Part shown: positions 48,947 to 53,446 of the stretch, piece by piece
Layout: every line of letters starts with the position of its first letter
Numbering within the stretch: position 1 is the stretch's first letter
DNA from: a virus
Taxonomy: Duplodnaviria > Caudoviricetes
Direction: 5' to 3' (one strand)
DNA length: 53,446 bases
Virus record (IMG/VR): IMGVR_UViG_3300013285_000579
Coordinates: 1 to 53,446 of that record
Position numbers and translations under genes: made by a program
The notes under the pieces: generated by a model
What the model was told of the DNA's origin: nothing
Databases searched by the model: none
The model's input: the letters and a program-made list of their open reading frames with translations, nothing else

Positions 48947-49069
48947 TTGTTGTAATTCATAAACAAAAGGTACTATATGAAGCGAAGTTCAGCGAAACTA
49001 TAGTGTCAATCATCGACCCCGTATATGGTCCTCGGTTGGCACATTAAAGACAATTTAATATGCACAACC

Positions 49070-49144
49070 CCATGCTAAACTTTAGTGGTGAAGTAACCGG
49101 CTCTTAACCGGAGGAACAGAGTTCGAGTCTCTGAGCATGGACCA
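49070..49144 (+). tRNA. trnK: tRNA-Lys(CTT)
   Basis: Loop CTCTTAA; acceptor CCATGCT/AGCATGG; CCA. Confidence 0.85.
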
Positions 49145-49149
49145 TATAT

Positions 49150-49225
49150 GGGATCATAGTTAAGCGGTAATAACATCAGGCTTTTAACCTGTAAATCCTC
49201 GGTTCGAGTCCGAGTGGTCCTACCA
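49150..49225 (+). tRNA. trnK: tRNA-Lys(TTT)
   Basis: Loop CTTTTAA; T-arm CTCGG-TTCGAGT-CCGAG; CCA. Confidence 0.9.
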
Positions 49226-49294
49226 TATGAAAACATACTACGCACGGTGAACAGCCCGTCCCAAGGAACTTGAGAGGATAGTGTGTTTCTATAT

Positions 49295-49369
49295 GGTAAT
49301 GTAGGACAATGGTAGTCCACCTCCTTCATACGGAGACTGTTACTGGTTCAAGTCCAGTCATTACCACCA
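49295..49369 (+). tRNA. tRNA with a CAT anticodon (elongator Met or Ile2)
   Basis: Loop TTCATAC; paired G1-C72, so not an initiator; CCA. Confidence 0.85.
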
Positions 49370-49377
49370 AGAGATAT

Positions 49378-49451
49378 ATTCGCGTAGCACAATAGTAGAG
49401 CGCCCGCCTGATAAGCGGAAGACGAAGGAGCGTAACCTTCCGCGGATACCA
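49378..49451 (+). tRNA. trnI: tRNA-Ile(GAT) with an atypical T-loop
   Basis: Loop CTGATAA; T-loop AGCGTAA; CCA. Confidence 0.75.
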
Positions 49452-49452
49452 A

Positions 49453-49595
49453 GTTTCTGAGATAGACGTAAGAGTCGAGTCGTAAGTAGCGGCGTAGCAT
49501 AGGGAACGCAGGTTTAACGTGAAATAAACAAGACCTCCTCTATACGAGACAAACATGTGAGTCCTCCCAGGAGGATAGTGTGGCTCTCAGAAAAC
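49453..49595 (+). ncRNA. Unclassified about 140-nt structured RNA between tRNAs
   Basis: Closing stem TTTCTGAGA/TCTCAGAAA; internal hairpin TCCTCCCAGGAGGA; no ORF. Confidence 0.5.
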
Positions 49596-49649
49596 CTACA
49601 ATGGCACTTGCTAACTTAGTGTCTATATAAATGAAGTTAGATTAATTTT

Positions 49650-49723
49650 GGGCTGCTCGTATAATGGGATTACACTAGCCTTGCACGTTAGATATTGGGG
49701 TTCGATTCCCCAGTGGTCCACCA
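49650..49723 (+). tRNA. trnA: tRNA-Ala(TGC)
   Basis: Loop CTTGCAC; G3-U70 pair; CCA. Confidence 0.9.
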
Positions 49724-49731
49724 AAATTCAT

Positions 49732-49809
49732 CTGTGTTTAGCTCAGTCTGGTCAGAGTTCTCGCCTTGGAAGTGAGGGGTCGGAGGTTCGAATCCTCCAG
49801 CGCAGACCA
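49732..49809 (+). tRNA. trnP: tRNA-Pro(TGG), copy 1 (A37)
   Basis: Loop CTTGGAA; C1-G72, A73; CCA. Confidence 0.88.
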
Positions 49810-49817
49810 AAATTTAT

Positions 49818-49891
49818 CTCCGATTGGTGAAATGGTATCACTCTGCGTTTGGGACGCAGGAGCGCAAGTTCGATTCTTGCATCGGAGACCA
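49818..49891 (+). tRNA. trnP: tRNA-Pro(TGG), copy 2 (G37)
   Basis: CTGCG-TTTGGGA-CGCAG; CCA. Confidence 0.9.
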
Positions 49892-49898
49892 ATGTTTT

Positions 49899-49973
49899 GC
49901 GCCTGTAGTATAACGGATAATATACGAGCCTACGAAGTTCGGGACGGTGGTTCGATTCCATCCAGGCGCACCA
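49899..49973 (+). tRNA. trnR: tRNA-Arg(ACG)
   Basis: Loop CTACGAA; D-loop GGATA (A20); CCA. Confidence 0.9.
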
Positions 49974-49981
49974 AAGTTTAT

Positions 49982-50057
49982 GGAGTTGTTAGTGTATCGG
50001 TTCGCACTACAGATTGTGAATCTGTCAGGATGGGTTCGACCCCCATACATCTCCCCA
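49982..50057 (+). tRNA. trnH: tRNA-His(GTG)
   Basis: ACAGA-TTGTGAA-TCTGT; G-1:C73; CCA. Confidence 0.88.
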
Positions 50058-50064
50058 ACAGTTA

Positions 50065-50138
50065 GCTCTTTTAGTTTAATGGGAGAACACAGTCTTGGTA
50101 TGACTGAAACCTAAGTTCGATTCTTAGTTGGAGCACCA
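50065..50138 (+). tRNA. trnT: tRNA-Thr(GGT)
   Basis: CAGTC-TTGGTAT-GACTG; CCA. Confidence 0.85.
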
Positions 50139-50180
50139 GATAGAATTAAACGGGTACTACGGTACCCTATAAATATGATA

Positions 50181-51467
50181 ATGAAATTTAACTTTATAGG
50201 CAGTGACTGCACATTCAATAACAAGTTACAAAAAGGCATTACCGTCGATAGCAGCTACACAGTAGTTAGTAATGTCGATGGGGATTATATAACCGGAGTC
50301 GAAAGTGAAAATATTATATTGATTGCACCGATTAGTAGTGAAGAACAGTATTTTGAAGCAACGAAACATGGTTTCATGCGTATGAAAGATACTAACTTCA
50401 ATTCTACTAACCTGTGTACTACGATATTTGTTTACATGCACGAGTTCGTTGACATAAATCATATCATTGATACCATCAATAGCTTTGACAAAATCAATAT
50501 GGTTGACAATATATGGATCTATCCAAAGATGGAAAAATATCAGGTTCGTAGTGATTTTATTCCCGACTTGCCTTGGCAGAAGAAACAGAAACCAGAGTTT
50601 TACATTAAACTCCGTGGTAGTAAGTACATCAGTGAAAGTTTAATTCACTTTGGTATGATAATTCAAAATGACAAGTATAATGTAATCAAGCAATATGATA
50701 ATCAGACAAAGATACCGTATACAGTAATTACTGAAGGCATTATGTTTCCTATTCAACTTGCTAAGGATACTAGAGCGTATCCTAATGTACGCATCTATCA
50801 TGCTGATCAATTGGTGTACGAGAAGATGACTACTGAGAATGGTAATATAACCGAGTTCCGTGATAGTCCGGTCTATGATTACTATGCAGCAGATGATAGA
50901 ACACATCTGGACTCTTACATAACTAAGTTCGAAACAACACGTAAGATATACTTGTCCAATACTGAATCAGTAACATTCAGTGGTTCTACTGCAATTGCAG
51001 GACTATCTAGCGGTAATATATTGGCAAAACTTGCATTTGAGAATAAACTGAAGCATGTCATATTCTTTGATTATAGTCAAGCCAGCATAAACTTCCAGCG
51101 TGATCTAATGAGTAGTACTGATCGGAAACTACTGTATGCTAACTCGTTAGATAACATGACGTTAGGATTCGATGATGCAACAGTAAGTGACCTTAATAGC
51201 CTGAATATGTCAGACATAGATATGTGGTATGATTATCTCTGTACGATTAACGTAGAGTTTGTTAATATCGATCTTCGAATAGATGAAGATATTGAGAGAT
51301 TATTTGAATTGATGCCAAATGATAGCACACTCTGGATTAGTAATGTGTTATGTTATATTACATCAATGCGAGATTACTCTACTGATGTATATAAACTGAT
51401 TGATTCACGGTGTCATCAAAAGAATATCACAGTATTACCTCACACAAGGATATATTATGAAAGCTAG
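50181..51467 (+). CDS. Hypothetical protein
   Basis: Long ORF after TATAAATA (50168-50175); C-terminal half weakly Rossmann-like ('VIFFDYS'). Confidence 0.6.
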   Translation: MKFNFIGSDCTFNNKLQKGITVDSSYTVVSNVDGDYITGVESENIILIAPISSEEQYFEATKHGFMRMKDTNFNSTNLCTTIFVYMHEFVDINHIIDTINSFDKINMVDNIWIYPKMEKYQVRSDFIPDLPWQKKQKPEFYIKLRGSKYISESLIHFGMIIQNDKYNVIKQYDNQTKIPYTVITEGIMFPIQLAKDTRAYPNVRIYHADQLVYEKMTTENGNITEFRDSPVYDYYAADDRTHLDSYITKFETTRKIYLSNTESVTFSGSTAIAGLSSGNILAKLAFENKLKHVIFFDYSQASINFQRDLMSSTDRKLLYANSLDNMTLGFDDATVSDLNSLNMSDIDMWYDYLCTINVEFVNIDLRIDEDIERLFELMPNDSTLWISNVLCYITSMRDYSTDVYKLIDSRCHQKNITVLPHTRIYYES

Positions 51468-52056
51468 GATTACATGTAATGCAAATCATGCCTTGGGCCA
51501 AAAGTTCGCCGAGTTATTTGATGAAGTGACATACTTCAGTCGTAGTACCGGGTTTGATGCACACGGAGACTTATCTGAGTTTCTAGCAGATACTCCCAAC
51601 TATGATTGGACTATTAATCTTACTAGTGCCCCTATGTTCGGGCAAGTTAAAGTACTGGCACAACTTGATACATACTGCGACAGACATGACATTAAACACA
51701 AGGTCTTTAACATCGGTAGCTATGTGGGTACTGGACTATTAGCTGAACCTGAAACAAGTTATGACATTGAGAAATCAAGTCTTAAATATGCACATAAGAA
51801 AATTGCATATGAGTATATGTTTCATGATAACTGCCTGGATAGCTACTTGATCAACTTGGGTTTCTTGGAGAAACTAAGCCGTGGTATACATGAGAAGTAT
51901 CAGCATATCAATACATTGGGCCTTGATAAAGTCAAGGAGAATGTACAGTTCATGCTTGACCGCCCCTACATCAAGGAGATGTATCTACAATACAAACAAC
52001 CCGGCAACTATAGAATCAACAGTGGTGTTGGTATATTGATACCCGGCGTATACTAA
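51457..52056 (+). CDS. Short-chain dehydrogenase/Rossmann-like hypothetical protein
   Basis: 'FSRSTGFD', 'FNIGS' and YxxxK ('YDIEK'); SD AAGGA. Confidence 0.5.
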   Translation: MKARITCNANHALGQKFAELFDEVTYFSRSTGFDAHGDLSEFLADTPNYDWTINLTSAPMFGQVKVLAQLDTYCDRHDIKHKVFNIGSYVGTGLLAEPETSYDIEKSSLKYAHKKIAYEYMFHDNCLDSYLINLGFLEKLSRGIHEKYQHINTLGLDKVKENVQFMLDRPYIKEMYLQYKQPGNYRINSGVGILIPGVY

Positions 52057-52057
52057 T

Positions 52058-52124
52058 GCCCACGTGGACAAATTGGCAAAGGCGTTTATGAACAAATTTA
52101 TGCCCTAATGGCGCAAGTGGCGAA
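52058..52124 (+). pseudogene. Two truncated tRNA 5' halves (Leu-like)
   Basis: GCCCACG-TG-GACAAATTGGCAAAGGCG and GCCCTAA-TG-GCGCAAGTGGCGAAA resemble acceptor plus D-arm; no anticodon or T arm follows. Confidence 0.45.
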
Positions 52125-52148
52125 AAAAATATATATTATGAGGTCATT

Positions 52149-52496
52149 GTGAAATTTGAAATTGATGAAAGTTATATGTGTGACGTTTCTATTCGGAAAG
52201 AATGGGGTGTATACGACCACATCAAGCACGAAGATTTAGAACCCTATCAACTATTCAACATTATCAAAGGTGAGGATAGATGTTCATCAGTTAATAGTGA
52301 AGATCATCCTGAGTTCAATAAACTTAGAGAGCATTTGGGTAGAGAAGGATTCATTAGAATACAAAGAAGTTCATGGAACGGCGACATGGTAACGAAACCA
52401 TTCACCCTTAATGGCAAGAACTTCAAACTAGAGACAATATTTCCGTGTGGAGCTGCAATAAAGTCACACATGAAATATATGAAATATATGAAATAA
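52149..52496 (+). CDS. Hypothetical protein
   Basis: GTG start region with SD GAGGT; 'DHPEF..LR..L...GFI......WNGD.V.KPF'. Confidence 0.6.
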   Translation: MKFEIDESYMCDVSIRKEWGVYDHIKHEDLEPYQLFNIIKGEDRCSSVNSEDHPEFNKLREHLGREGFIRIQRSSWNGDMVTKPFTLNGKNFKLETIFPCGAAIKSHMKYMKYMK

Positions 52497-52499
52497 CGC

Positions 52500-52579
52500 C
52501 TCGCTGTAGTTCAAAGGATAGAATAGAATAGAAGTTTCCTAAACTTTTGATCCCCGTTCAACTCGGGGCAGCGGGACCA
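52500..52579 (+). tRNA. trnR: tRNA-Arg(CCT) with a 5-nt duplication after the D arm
   Basis: GAAGT-TTCCTAA-ACTTT; an extra ATAGA copy; CCA. Confidence 0.7.
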
Positions 52580-52584
52580 AACTC

Positions 52585-52613
52585 TTGACAAATAGGCCTA
52601 TTTGTCGTATAAT
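52585..52613 (+). promoter_or_regulatory. Perfect sigma70 promoter containing a 20-bp palindrome
   Basis: TTGACA-17-TATAAT; GACAAATAGGCCTATTTGTC at 52587-52606. Confidence 0.85.
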
Positions 52614-52621
52614 AAACACAC

Positions 52622-52696
52622 GGGTCTTTAGTGCAACGGATAGCATACGAGTCTTCGAAACTCATGACGTAGGTTCGATTCCTACAGGACCCACCA
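52622..52696 (+). tRNA. trnR: tRNA-Arg(TCG)
   Basis: Loop CTTCGAA; A20; CCA. Confidence 0.9.
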
Positions 52697-52738
52697 GAAC
52701 TAAGTTAAATACATGTAACAGAAACGCAGGAGTACAAC

Positions 52739-53299
52739 ATGGCTGTTCTAGCACTAGACATTTCGGGAATTCCAAGACAATGGATCTCATACGATGACGC
52801 AATCACTTACCAAGCTAAAGATGCGGTAGCATGGAGCATGGGCGAAGTGGTTGCAAGATATCGCGGCGGATACCAGAACGACGGATCAATTAGTTACCTA
52901 GAAACTTCTAGCATCATTGCTATTAAAGGCCATGGCTTCAATCCATACAAGCATTCAACTGTTGCACTGACTAACAAGACATTGTTTGGTCGCGACAGAA
53001 ACGTTTGTGCGTATTGTGGCGAACATCACGTTAACTATCATCACTTGTCACGTGACCACATCAAGCCAAAGTTCTTGGGTGGTGAAAATACTTGGATGAA
53101 CGTTGTCACAGCATGTAAGACTTGCAATAGTGATAAGGGTCACAAGACCTTGAAGGAATGCGGTAAGAAACTTTTGTACGCACCGTACATCCCTTCTCAT
53201 CACGAAAACATGATCCTACAACATCGTAACATTCTTGCTGATCAAATGGATTACTTGCTAGCAGGTGTGCCAAAGCACTCGCGTATATTGCTTTCATAG
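52739..53299 (+). CDS. HNH endonuclease (McrA-like, tRNA-array associated)
   Basis: 'RD...CAYCG', 'DHIKP...GG...W.NVVTAC..CN..K'. Confidence 0.88.
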   Translation: MAVLALDISGIPRQWISYDDAITYQAKDAVAWSMGEVVARYRGGYQNDGSISYLETSSIIAIKGHGFNPYKHSTVALTNKTLFGRDRNVCAYCGEHHVNYHHLSRDHIKPKFLGGENTWMNVVTACKTCNSDKGHKTLKECGKKLLYAPYIPSHHENMILQHRNILADQMDYLLAGVPKHSRILLS

Positions 53300-53330
53300 A
53301 AAGATTGGGAAGACTCTTTGCAAAAAGAGT

Positions 53331-53370
53331 TTGACAAAAATATTTCGTTGTGATATACTTTGTATAAATA
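53331..53370 (+). promoter_or_regulatory. Tandem sigma70 promoter (TTGACA-17-TATACT) and T4 late promoter TATAAATA
   Basis: -35 at 53331; -10 at 53354; TATAAATA at 53363-53370. Confidence 0.75.
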
Positions 53371-53405
53371 AAGATGTAGTGAGTAACTTCACTATGTCAC
53401 AAATT

Positions 53406-53446
53406 GCCCCTTTAGCTCATCTGGTAGAGCAACTGTTTTGTAAGCA
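53406..53446 (+). tRNA. trnT: tRNA-Thr(TGT), truncated by the window end
   Basis: GCCCCTT-TA-GCTCATCTGGTAGAGC-A-ACTGT-TTTGTAA-GCA. Confidence 0.8.

Noticed and set aside
46668-50065. Track ORFs 46668, 47078, 49075, 49326, 49648, 49752, 49766 and 49838
   Set aside because: They overlap tRNA genes or structured RNA and are spurious
50152-50167. GGGTAC-TACG-GTACCC hairpin as a terminator
   Set aside because: A stable UNCG hairpin but with no U-tract; at most a 3' stabiliser
1-53446. Stop-codon reassignment or suppressor tRNA
   Set aside because: Genes are full-length in code 11; TAA, TAG and TGA all end genes; no CTA or TCA anticodon among the tRNAs seen

Overview
A 53-kb segment of a large, AT-rich, T4-like (myovirus-type) bacteriophage genome using the standard code. 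Left (1-21.6 kb): tail-fibre and adhesin genes (fibre repeats, Gly-rich tips, three RCC1/BLIP-II propellers) interleaved with sulfotransferases, an APS kinase, glycosyl- and methyltransferases. Middle (21.7-31.7 kb): a class Ia ribonucleotide reductase locus in which nrdA is fractured by a naturally split intein whose halves flank a free-standing MobE-like HNH endonuclease, then nrdB, glutaredoxin, PAAR and a SleB-type hydrolase. From 31.8-46 kb: a modification-enzyme island (four radical SAM proteins, 2OG-Fe oxygenase-like, SGNH-like and GT-like proteins). Right (46-53.4 kb): an array of 16 complete tRNAs plus one partial, with cargo genes and unexplained structured RNAs. The best candidate for a new system is a 58-codon leader ORF missing from the ORF track (46193-46369). 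It encodes all 20 amino acids with 40 different codons and overlaps a mutually exclusive antiterminator/terminator pair just upstream of the tRNA array, which suggests a general tRNA-depletion attenuator. All functional calls come from motif recognition by eye; no searches were run.
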